A stretch of 64,000 nucleotides of DNA, from positions 8,882 to 72,881 of the forward strand of contig JAILQM010000083.1 in assembly GCA_024698965.1 (NCBI GenBank), read 5' to 3'. Below are positions 19,101 through 26,197 of this stretch, one piece after another (the stretch's first letter is position 1; each line of letters opens with the position of its first letter). The notes under the pieces are model-generated. The model worked only from the letters and a program-made list of their open reading frames with translations. It was not told the DNA's origin and did no database searches. This DNA comes from Eubacterium sp. Lineage in GTDB: Bacteria > Bacillota > Clostridia > Lachnospirales > Lachnospiraceae. A program made the position numbers and the translations under genes.

Positions 19101-20352
19101 TATCAATAATGCTTGTCACATCCGGCACAAAATACCTTGCCGCAAAAGTATGAGCAATTGTCTCAACTTCACCTTCGTCAAGGTTAAACGCGTTTTTAAG
19201 CAGGGCCTCTCCGTATCCTGTGGCGCACGCCCTTGCTATATGCGCTTTCGGATTCATACGGCTCATCATATCGAGAAGGTTTTCTTTTGCCACATCCAAA
19301 GGACTTCCCATATTTCCGCCGTAGAACGAATACAAAAGCTCTCCGCCTTCGGAAATAAGCACGATTTTAATGGTTGTAGAACCACCGTCTATTCCAAGAT
19401 AACAGTTTCCCTCATACTCCGAAAGATCAGCCCTTACAACATCATGCTCCGACTGTCTGCTCCTGAATTCTCTGTACTCATCTTCATCTTTAAACAAAGC
19501 CTGAAGTATATTCATATCAGATGAAGAATCCCCGAGCTTTGCTATATTTTCAATTGTTTCTCCAAGATTAATTTCGCTTGAATTTCTCGCCTTATATGCA
19601 GCGCCCAATGCCGCAAAAAGATGAGCATTTTCCGGACAGCTTTCCATATCGTCCCCAAGGTTTAGCGTCCTTGAAAACGCAGCTCTAAGCTCAGTCAAAA
19701 AATGCAAAGGGCCGCCAAGATAAACAACTCTTCCCTTTATCTTTCTTCCGCAGGCAAGTCCCGATATCGTCTGGTTTACCACCGCCTGAAGCACACTTGC
19801 CGCAAGATCTTCTTTGGCGGCTCCGTCGTTTATAAGCGGCTGAATATCAGTTTTAGCAAAAACGCCGCATCTTGCGGCTATTGGATAGATATCCTTATAT
19901 CCTTTTGCCAGCTCGTTTATACCATCGGCATCGGTCTGCATAAGGGCAGCCATCTGGTCAATGAAAGCTCCCGTACCGCCGGCACAGATACCGTTCATTC
20001 TCTGCTCAACTCCTCCGGTAAGATAGATAATCTTTGCATCCTCACCGCCGAGCTCTATTACCACATCTGTATCGGGATATTCGTTTTTTACAGCAAAAGA
20101 GACAGCCACAACCTCCTGAACAAAGGTAGTGCCCGTCGCTCCCGCAAGTTTAAGTCCGCCGCTTCCCGTCACAGCCAAAAAACATTCATTAATATTAAGA
20201 GATGCATAAATCTCTTTAAGCATCTCTATCACGGTCTCTCTTACATTCGAATAATGTCTTTTGTAATTATTATACTCTATTTTGTTATCTTCACTCAAAA
20301 CCACGACCTTTACGGTCGTGGATCCGATATCTATTCCGATTGACTTTTTCAT
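16129..20352 (-). CDS. Fused BcrAD/BadFG-type ATPase (x2) plus 2-hydroxyacyl-CoA-dehydratase-like (DUF2229/HgdB-like) protein, i.e. an 'acyl-CoA dehydratase activase-related' giant protein
   Basis: Two ASKHA ATPase starts are present (IGIDIGSTTVKVVVL and YLGIDGGSTTIKIVLI), plus a Cys motif CKGCENKCRL and C-terminal dehydratase-component-like halves. I chose the start at MKKSIGID; there is no strong SD, and the ORF track's TTG at 20388 is possible. Confidence 0.8.
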   Translation of the reverse strand: MKKSIGIDIGSTTVKVVVLSEDNKIEYNNYKRHYSNVRETVIEMLKEIYASLNINECFLAVTGSGGLKLAGATGTTFVQEVVAVSFAVKNEYPDTDVVIELGGEDAKIIYLTGGVEQRMNGICAGGTGAFIDQMAALMQTDADGINELAKGYKDIYPIAARCGVFAKTDIQPLINDGAAKEDLAASVLQAVVNQTISGLACGRKIKGRVVYLGGPLHFLTELRAAFSRTLNLGDDMESCPENAHLFAALGAAYKARNSSEINLGETIENIAKLGDSSSDMNILQALFKDEDEYREFRSRQSEHDVVRADLSEYEGNCYLGIDGGSTTIKIVLISEGGELLYSFYGGNMGSPLDVAKENLLDMMSRMNPKAHIARACATGYGEALLKNAFNLDEGEVETIAHTFAARYFVPDVTSIIDIGGQDMKCIMLKDGYVDSIVLNEACSSGCGSFLEQFAKSLGYNAAEFANIAVKSKKPVDLGTRCTVFMNSNVKQAQKEGADVADIAAGLAYSVVKNALFKVIKLRDAGKLGKKIVVQGGTFYNDAVLRCFEIISGREAVRPEISGIMGAFGAALIARERSTGQSSILSYDKIKEFTYKTSTTYCKGCENKCRLTINHFGDSKRYISGNRCERALGGGGAKEEAPNLFAYKLKRIFDYEPLPENKAPMGEIGIPRALNMYENYPFWAVFFREIGFRTVLSPLTSRQMYESGMDTIPSESQCYPAKIVHGHIEWLIKSGVKTIFYPCVFYERDEGRNTQNIYNCPMVISYPENIRNNVDDLENKNVRYLNPFISFENEDVLAHRLCEVAAEYWGIGGGEVRSAVHKAWKELLRCKEDILNKGKEALKWIEKKGKTGVILAGRPYHLDPEINHGIPKMIQGYGLAVLTEDSVAGLNPHEVKLRTTNQWVYHSRLYSAAEYAATRDDLEIIQLNSFGCGVDAVTIDQISELCEQTGKMYTLLKIDEVNNLGAARIRVRSMIAALKERNKDASKKLQKPYDYERVEYTDKMQQEKYTILCPGMITPHFDFMQAALRSEGYNFVMMWNEGQDVYDLGVKYVNNDTCYPCIITTGQILAEVMSGKYDTDHLAVVMAQTGGGCRASNYVGFIRKALAEAGYGHIPVISANPNGMETQSGFKIGIKTLLKIIKCLIYGDLLSKVSHRMRPYEVEKGSTNELYAKWMEIIKEDVSQKSVNWRSLKKNCRAIIDEFDAIKVSGTDKKVRVGIVGEVLVKYMPMANNHLSDLIEAEGAEVVIPDVIEFLEYCFWNAKYRAEVFGKSKKAAKLVDLLLWVTDYVRKDVMTRLDKSIHFKRNSSLENIRADGAEVLQLGNQCGEGWFLPGEVIDLIKEKVNNIVCVQPFGCLPNHIVGKGIVKKVKSLYPQANIVAIDYDASASRVNQLNRIKLMMEVAKEEIL

Positions 20353-20408
20353 ATTATTTAATTGTACCCAAATAATGTGAAAAGTCAACCGAAAACAATG
20401 CTACACAT

Positions 20409-21281
20409 TTACATTAATGTTTTCATTTTTTCCTTGATTTTTTTACCGGTCAAAGTTGCTGCCAGCCCTCCGTTTCCCGTCTCTCTTATAGAAGAATCCA
20501 TTCCGCGGCCGATTGCATTCATGGCATCAAACACCTCATCAGCAGGTATTGCCGATTTAATGCCCGCAAGAGCAAGCTGCGCACTTGTAACAGCATTTAC
20601 GGCTCCGCTTACGTTTCTTTTTACACACGGCACTTCGACAAGTCCCGCAACCGGATCGCAGGCAAGACCGAGCATGTTCTTCATAGCAAGTGCGGCCGCA
20701 TTCGCTATCATTTTTGAGTTGCCACCCATAAGATAAGCAAGCCCTGCCGCAGCCATAGAAGATGCCGCACCTATCTCCGCCTGACATCCGCCCGCAGCTC
20801 CCGAAAGCGAAGCCCTTGCTGCAATCACTCCTCCTATACCTGCTGCCACATACATAGCTTCCGTCATCTTTTCATCGCTAAGCTCTAATCTTTCCTGAGC
20901 CGCTAAAAATACCGCCGATACCACTCCGCATGAACCGGCAGTGGGCGCGGCAACTATTTTTCTCATACAGGCATTACTCTCTGCAATCTTTAATGCCTTT
21001 ACGGCAGTGCTGCCTATAAAGTCACCCAAAAGCAGGTTTTCTTTTTCAAGTGCTGCTTCAAGCTTATATGCCGCACTTCCCGAAAGCCCGGCCCTGCTTT
21101 TCATATCTTTGCTGTAACTTTTTTCCGACTCTCTCATCGCTCCGTATATATAATGCATTTTCTCCCAGGATTCTTTCTGATCATATCCGTTTTCGCGGCA
21201 ATCGTTTTCCATTACAACCTTCCAAAAAATGCTCTTTTTCTCTTTTTCTTCTTTTAATATATCTTTTACTGCTTCAAACAT
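20409..21281 (-). CDS. sdaAA: L-serine dehydratase, iron-sulfur-dependent, alpha subunit
   Basis: ATPTAGS-type and SGAAGGCQAE, NMLGLACDPVAGLVEVPCVKRN and RETGNGGLAAT motifs match the SdaAA family. Confidence 0.9.
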   Translation of the reverse strand: MFEAVKDILKEEKEKKSIFWKVVMENDCRENGYDQKESWEKMHYIYGAMRESEKSYSKDMKSRAGLSGSAAYKLEAALEKENLLLGDFIGSTAVKALKIAESNACMRKIVAAPTAGSCGVVSAVFLAAQERLELSDEKMTEAMYVAAGIGGVIAARASLSGAAGGCQAEIGAASSMAAAGLAYLMGGNSKMIANAAALAMKNMLGLACDPVAGLVEVPCVKRNVSGAVNAVTSAQLALAGIKSAIPADEVFDAMNAIGRGMDSSIRETGNGGLAATLTGKKIKEKMKTLM

Positions 21282-21288
21282 TTTACTC

Positions 21289-21948
21289 CTAACATAAAGA
21301 TAAATAAGTTACCTTTATTACTCCATCCATATCTTTTAATTCTTTAAGTGCCTCGGGGTTTACCTCTTCATCGCATTCTATAACCATTACAGCCTCTCCG
21401 CCTCTGCTTTTTCTGTAAAGCTGCATGGCCGCAATATTTATAGAATTCCTTCCGAGCATTCCGGTAACTCCTGTTACATGCCCGGGACTGTCGACGTTAT
21501 GAACGATAAGCGTCGGATAATCGGCGGCAAAATTAGTATCTATTCCGTCAATCTTATTTATGCATATTCTGCCTCCTCCGACCGAAGAAGCCACAACCTC
21601 AAGCCTGCGGCCACCGGCCGACTCCATCTCTATTTTTACCGAATTCGGATGAACATCTCCCAAATCCGTTCCTTCTATTATAAAATCGAGCCCTGCTTTT
21701 TTTGCCTCCTCAAAGCTGTCCGGAATTCTCTCATCATCCACCTCAAATCCAAGGAGTCCGGCAACAACGGCCCTGTCGGTTCCGTGTCCCTTTCCCGTCA
21801 AAAGAAAGGAACCGTGAAGATAAATCTTTGCGCTTGCTATAGGATCCCTCATTAATTTTTTACATATGTTTCCTATTCTGACCGCTCCGGCAGTATGCGA
21901 ACTTGACGGGCCGACCATTACAGGTCCCACAACATCGAAAATGTTCAT
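21289..21948 (-). CDS. sdaAB: L-serine dehydratase, iron-sulfur-dependent, beta subunit
   Basis: N-terminus IFDVVGPVMVGPSSSHTAGAVRIG, with a C-terminal ACT-like domain. Confidence 0.9.
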   Translation of the reverse strand: MNIFDVVGPVMVGPSSSHTAGAVRIGNICKKLMRDPIASAKIYLHGSFLLTGKGHGTDRAVVAGLLGFEVDDERIPDSFEEAKKAGLDFIIEGTDLGDVHPNSVKIEMESAGGRRLEVVASSVGGGRICINKIDGIDTNFAADYPTLIVHNVDSPGHVTGVTGMLGRNSINIAAMQLYRKSRGGEAVMVIECDEEVNPEALKELKDMDGVIKVTYLSLC

Positions 21949-21969
21949 ATTTTTCTCCTGTCTCTCACG

Positions 21970-22005
21970 AAAAAAGGGAGCTCATATCATATGATATGAA
22001 CTCCC
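21970..22005 (-). terminator. Rho-independent terminator after the methyltransferase gene
   Basis: The minus strand reads gggagttcatatcat-atgatatgagctccc followed by tttttt. Confidence 0.7.
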
Positions 22006-22069
22006 TTGTTCGTTTCTTTTTTAGTTTTGATTATTGTATCACACTTTGCTCAGGTTAAAAAGCAAAAGT

Positions 22070-22702
22070 TTACTTTTTTCCTTCACCGCACACCCAGGTT
22101 GTGCCTTCTTTGGTATGAATCTTAACGTCTTTATATCCGGCCTCTTTTAAAAGTTCTTCAAATTTTGAAAGCGTCGGATTATAAAGATTATATTTTTTAA
22201 TGTTTTCTCTCTGGTGATCGTCAAGCTCATCCGTGTCATAAATATCGGCAATTAGGAAAAATCTTCCGCCGTCTTTAAGCACTCTTTTAATCTCGCAAAG
22301 GCCTGCATTATGATCCGGCCAAAAATAAAATGACTCTACCGTAAAGACAACATCAAATTCTCCGTCTTTAAACGGAAGATCATCTACCGATGCACGAATA
22401 ATCTCGGCTCTTCCTTCTTTTATATATTCATCATTGTTTTTCTCGGAAAGAGCAACCGATACTTCGGAATAATCTATTCCGAAAGCCGAAAGCTTCTCAT
22501 ATTTATCCATTGTGTTTTTAAGAGCCATTCCGCTGCCGCAGCCCACATCAAGAATTTTCTTTGCATCCTCCAAAGGTGCAAACGAAAGTCCCCAACCTGT
22601 GACTTCCTTATGAGAATCCGCCATACGCATAAGCATTTCCTGACCTGCTTCTCCTGTAGGCTTTGCCGGATTTCCAAGCTCTGTTATACTTTTTTCACTC
22701 AT
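22070..22702 (-). CDS. Class I SAM-dependent methyltransferase
   Basis: Motif I ILDVGCGSGMAL and post-I/II motifs (VVFTVESFYFWPD, LKDGGRFFL). Confidence 0.8.
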   Translation of the reverse strand: MSEKSITELGNPAKPTGEAGQEMLMRMADSHKEVTGWGLSFAPLEDAKKILDVGCGSGMALKNTMDKYEKLSAFGIDYSEVSVALSEKNNDEYIKEGRAEIIRASVDDLPFKDGEFDVVFTVESFYFWPDHNAGLCEIKRVLKDGGRFFLIADIYDTDELDDHQRENIKKYNLYNPTLSKFEELLKEAGYKDVKIHTKEGTTWVCGEGKK

Positions 22703-23003
22703 TTTTCAACATCCTTTTAATCTTACCGTTTGGGTCTTTTATAAGGACTCTTACCATCCAGATAATAAGTCCGAGCGCAACGACTGACATTCCCAAAAAT
22801 GCGTCGTTTATCATATCTGCAATATCCGGCGTAAAATACGCACTTTTAAGCTCGGCATATTCAAATACGGCATCCACAAGCCACATAAGAGACGCGCCCC
22901 AGTACATAAAGCAAAGTATTCCGAGATTTTTACTTTCGTCCTTTCCGAAATACCAGCATGCCGTCGATATTAGCGCAGCAAATACAGTTATAAGAAGTGT
23001 CAT
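22695..23003 (-). CDS. Small hypothetical membrane protein (3 predicted TM segments)
   Basis: Hydrophobic segments are visible in the translation. It overlaps the downstream methyltransferase by 8 nt. I recognise no family. Confidence 0.55.
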   Translation of the reverse strand: MTLLITVFAALISTACWYFGKDESKNLGILCFMYWGASLMWLVDAVFEYAELKSAYFTPDIADMINDAFLGMSVVALGLIIWMVRVLIKDPNGKIKRMLKNE

Positions 23004-23015
23004 TTTCCTCTCCTT

Positions 23016-23390
23016 CTACGCATTTTCTTCTTTTGCATCGCGTCTTACAATAGCATCGGCCGCCTTACAGACAAAAAGCCATACAACAGTAAGAACAACT
23101 GTCATACCAACTCCCACCGTTGCCATCTCCTTAAACATTTCCATCATATCCTCCGGATTTGACATTGCGGTAAGGAATGGGAAATAAGGAACGATTTCTC
23201 CGTGCCAGATATGCTCAAATAAAAGCAGTGTGCACCCGCCTACAAGCATATCCCTAAGCCATCCTATTTTTCTGCTTAAAGGGATTGTTATTTCTTTCTT
23301 ATTTTCTTCAATCGCCTCTTTTTTTTCAGCGTTTTTCTTTACAATATGAGCAACTGCCGCCTCTGCTCCGGGCACTATAAAACAAGCCAT
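23016..23390 (-). CDS. Small hypothetical membrane protein
   Basis: Two or three hydrophobic segments, an operon position between the AKR gene and the 102-aa protein, and no recognised family. Confidence 0.55.
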   Translation of the reverse strand: MACFIVPGAEAAVAHIVKKNAEKKEAIEENKKEITIPLSRKIGWLRDMLVGGCTLLLFEHIWHGEIVPYFPFLTAMSNPEDMMEMFKEMATVGVGMTVVLTVVWLFVCKAADAIVRRDAKEENA

Positions 23391-23411
23391 ATTAACCTCC
23401 GTTCAATCAAT

Positions 23412-24554
23412 CTATTCTTCTTCGTTACTATCAAACACTGCCGAAACATCTTCGAGAAGCTTCCTTATCTCAAGATGCTGCGGACAGACCTTTTCGCATT
23501 TTCCGCATTTAATACAATCCGCCGCCTTGCCATGCTCTCCGGCGGTTATAACCGTATCATAGTAAAAATTCGTGTTCCAGTTATGAAATGTCTCATGGGC
23601 ATTTAACGCTGAAAACATATCCGGAATAAGTATTCCCATAGGACATTCACTTTCCTCAATGCAGTATTTGCAAGATGTACACGGAATAAGGTCCATGCTC
23701 TTAAATATACTGCAGACCTTTTCTACCGCCTCTTTCTCCTCGTTTGAAAGAGGAGCAAAATCCTGCATCGACCTTAAATTATCCTCCATCTGAGCCATGT
23801 CGCTCATGCCCGAAAGCACCATCTCCATACTCGGAAATCCCGCCGCATACCTTAAAGCATAGCTTGCATTGCTACCTCCGAGCTTTCTGAAAATATCATC
23901 CGCTTCCTTAGGTAAATTAACAAGGCTTCCTCCCTTTACCGGCTCCATAACAACTATTGGTTTTTTATGCTTCAGACAGACCTCGTAAACCTTTCTGCCT
24001 TCTACAGAAGCATCTTCATAGTCCACATAGTTAAACTGTATCTGCACAAGTTCAATCTCGGGATGCTCATTTAAAATTTTGTCCAAGACCTCGGCCTTAT
24101 CATGAAACGAAAGTCCAAAATGCCTTATAAGTCCCTCATCTTTAAACTTGTAGGCCGTCTCATATGCCTTAAGTGCTTTATACTTTTCGTAATTGTCCCT
24201 GTCCTGCGCGTGCATCAGATAAAAATCAAAATAATCGACACCGCAGCATTCGAGCTGACTTTCAAAAAACGGTCTTATATCTTCCTGCTTTGCAAAAAAC
24301 GGATCGGAAAGCTTATTCGTAAGCAAGAAATCCTCTCTTTTATATCTTGCAGAAACGCAGTCTCTTATTGCCGTCTCAGAAGCCCCTTCAAGATATCCGT
24401 GTGCCGTATCAAAATAATTAAACCCGGCCGCAATAAATGCATCCGCCATTTTGATAAATTCTTCGTAATCCACCTTGCCGTCCTTCATCGGAAGTCTCAT
24501 ACATCCAAAGCCGAAATTGCCGTGAATCTCCGGAAATACCTTGCTGTTTTCCAT
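23412..24554 (-). CDS. Aldo/keto reductase fused to a C-terminal 4Fe-4S ferredoxin-like domain
   Basis: AKR N-terminus (FGCMRLP…FDTAHGY) and C-terminal CTSCKYCIEESECP…CIKCGKCEKVCP. Confidence 0.85.
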   Translation of the reverse strand: MENSKVFPEIHGNFGFGCMRLPMKDGKVDYEEFIKMADAFIAAGFNYFDTAHGYLEGASETAIRDCVSARYKREDFLLTNKLSDPFFAKQEDIRPFFESQLECCGVDYFDFYLMHAQDRDNYEKYKALKAYETAYKFKDEGLIRHFGLSFHDKAEVLDKILNEHPEIELVQIQFNYVDYEDASVEGRKVYEVCLKHKKPIVVMEPVKGGSLVNLPKEADDIFRKLGGSNASYALRYAAGFPSMEMVLSGMSDMAQMEDNLRSMQDFAPLSNEEKEAVEKVCSIFKSMDLIPCTSCKYCIEESECPMGILIPDMFSALNAHETFHNWNTNFYYDTVITAGEHGKAADCIKCGKCEKVCPQHLEIRKLLEDVSAVFDSNEEE

Positions 24555-24558
24555 GCAG

Positions 24559-25197
24559 TTACCCCCTTAATACTTCAAACATTCCTCCGTCGCCTATCTC
24601 TACCTTTGCCGCGCCTCCCGTGGCTTCGGTAATGGCGTTTACTACCTTGTCCTTTTTATCCCCCGGAACTAAAATATCCATCTCTACATTTTCCGTATAC
24701 CTTGTATCCGTGGTCATGATTTCTTCGGTTCTTACTATATATTCTATCTTGCCCAAACCGTTATAATCAGTCGTAACACTGACCGGATAGCAGAATTCCA
24801 TCTCAGCTATCCTGCTGCATTTAATTCCTTCCCTTACAGCTGCCTGATAGGCTCTTACGAGTCCTCCCGTACCAAGCAAAACGCCGCCGAAATATCTTGT
24901 TACCACAACTACTGCATTATGAATATTTTCTCCGAGTAAAACGTCAAGCATGGGGCGTCCCGCAGTTCCGGACGGCTCCCCGTCGTCAGAGCATCTTGTA
25001 ATCTCGCTTTTTTCGCCGATTACAAATGCGCTGCAGTTATGACGCGCATCCCAGTACTTTTTTTTCATCTCATTTATAAAGGCGGTTGCTTCCTCTTCGG
25101 AGCTTACACTTTTAACGGTTGCAATAAATCTTGATTTCTTTTCGACTATCTCACCGCTTCCGCCTTCTTTTACCGTTCTGTATGTTGCTTCACTCAT
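24559..25197 (-). CDS. yigZ: YigZ (IMPACT/UPF0029) family protein
   Basis: EKKSRFIATV…ARHNCSAF…DDGEPSGTAGRPML…VVVTRYFGG.LLG.GGL motifs are typical of YigZ. Confidence 0.85.
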   Translation of the reverse strand: MSEATYRTVKEGGSGEIVEKKSRFIATVKSVSSEEEATAFINEMKKKYWDARHNCSAFVIGEKSEITRCSDDGEPSGTAGRPMLDVLLGENIHNAVVVVTRYFGGVLLGTGGLVRAYQAAVREGIKCSRIAEMEFCYPVSVTTDYNGLGKIEYIVRTEEIMTTDTRYTENVEMDILVPGDKKDKVVNAITEATGGAAKVEIGDGGMFEVLRG

Positions 25198-25204
25198 GCT
25201 TTAG

Positions 25205-25233
25205 ATTATAACTTATGCTTCTTTTCATCGCAA
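25205..25233 (-). promoter_or_regulatory. Candidate promoter (TTGCGA-17-TATAAT) placed 7 nt from the yigZ ATG (possible leaderless mRNA)
   Basis: On the reverse complement, TTGCGA is at 25228-25233 and TATAAT at 25205-25210. No SD lies upstream of the ATG at 25197. Confidence 0.45.
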
Positions 25234-25248
25234 CAATTCTTATATTTC

Positions 25249-26103
25249 CGTAACGCATTTACTTTACTAGCCTCGCTCCCGCAAGCCATCTCCCATACTT
25301 TCGAAAACGCATACCGATTGAAGTTTGCACTGCTTTATTTGTCAGCGTTTTCTCGGCATGGGGCCCTCTTGCTCGCGCTCGGGCCTACTTTTACAGTCGA
25401 TGGGCATATTCATAAATTGCCCGTAACGCATTTACTTTGCCACCCTCGCTCCCGCAAGCCATCTCCCATACTTTCGAAAACGCATACCGATTGAAGATTG
25501 CATTACTTTGTTTGTCAGCGTTTTCTTGGCATGGGGCCCTCTTGCTCGCGCTCGGGCCTACTTTTACGGTCGACGGGATATACAAGAATTGCCCGTAACG
25601 CATATTCTTTGCCAGCCTCGCTCCCGCAAGCCATCTCCCATACTTTCGAAAACGCATGCCGATTGAAGATTGCATCACTTTGTTTGTTAGCGTTTTCTCG
25701 GCATGGGGCCCTCTTGCTCGCGCTCGGGCCTACTTTTTTGGTCGACGGGCTTTCTTTATATATTTGTTGCACGTAACGCACTTACTCTGCCACCCTCGCT
25801 CCCGCAAGCCATCTCCCATACTTTCGAAAACGCATGCCGATTGAATCCTGCCTTACTCTATTTGTTAGCGTTTTCTCGGCATGGGGCCCTCTTGCTCGCG
25901 CTTGGGCCTACTTTTACGGTCGACGGGCATATTCATAAATTGCCCGTAACGCATATTCTTTGCTTGCCTCGCTCCCGCAAGCCATCTCCCATACTTTCGA
26001 AAACGCATGCCGATTGAGCCCTGCCTTACTCTATTTGTCAGCGTTTTCTCGGCATGGGGCCCTCTTGCTCGCGCTCGGGCCTACTTTTACGGTCGACGGG
26101 CGG
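25249..26103. repeat. Tandem array of five repeat units of about 172-178 bp (non-coding)
   Basis: Units start at about 25249, 25422, 25594, 25772 and 25945 with CGTAACGCA. Two cores are invariant: CCTCGCTCCCGCAAGCCATCTCCCATACTTTCGAAAACGCAT and GGCATGGGGCCCTCTTGCTCGCGCT(C/T)GGGCCTACTTTT. Three variable segments separate them. Confidence 0.9.
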
Positions 26104-26129
26104 TTTTATATACGAAAATGCGGCAAACC

Positions 26130-26158
26130 TTGAATAAACTCTTTAATGAATATATAAT
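26130..26158 (+). promoter_or_regulatory. Sigma-A type promoter (TTGAAT-17-TATAAT) for the PBP1A gene
   Basis: TTGAAT at 26130-26135 and TATAAT at 26153-26158, 40 nt upstream of the start codon. Confidence 0.6.
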
Positions 26159-26197
26159 GTAGTGGAGTATATTCAGTTTTATGTACGGAGGCTTTAA

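Noticed and set aside
25391-26017. ORFs of 88-104 aa crossing the tandem repeats (for example 25391-25678, 25515-25781, 25703-26017).
   Set aside because: The repeat period (172-178 nt) is not a multiple of three, so the 'proteins' change frame between units. There are no SDs. They are better explained as a by-product of a non-coding repeat.
25249-26103. Possibility that the tandem array is a CRISPR array.
   Set aside because: The conserved parts are far longer than CRISPR repeats (about 40 nt blocks, about 130 nt per unit). The variable parts are short and related to each other rather than being unique spacers. No cas genes are in the window.
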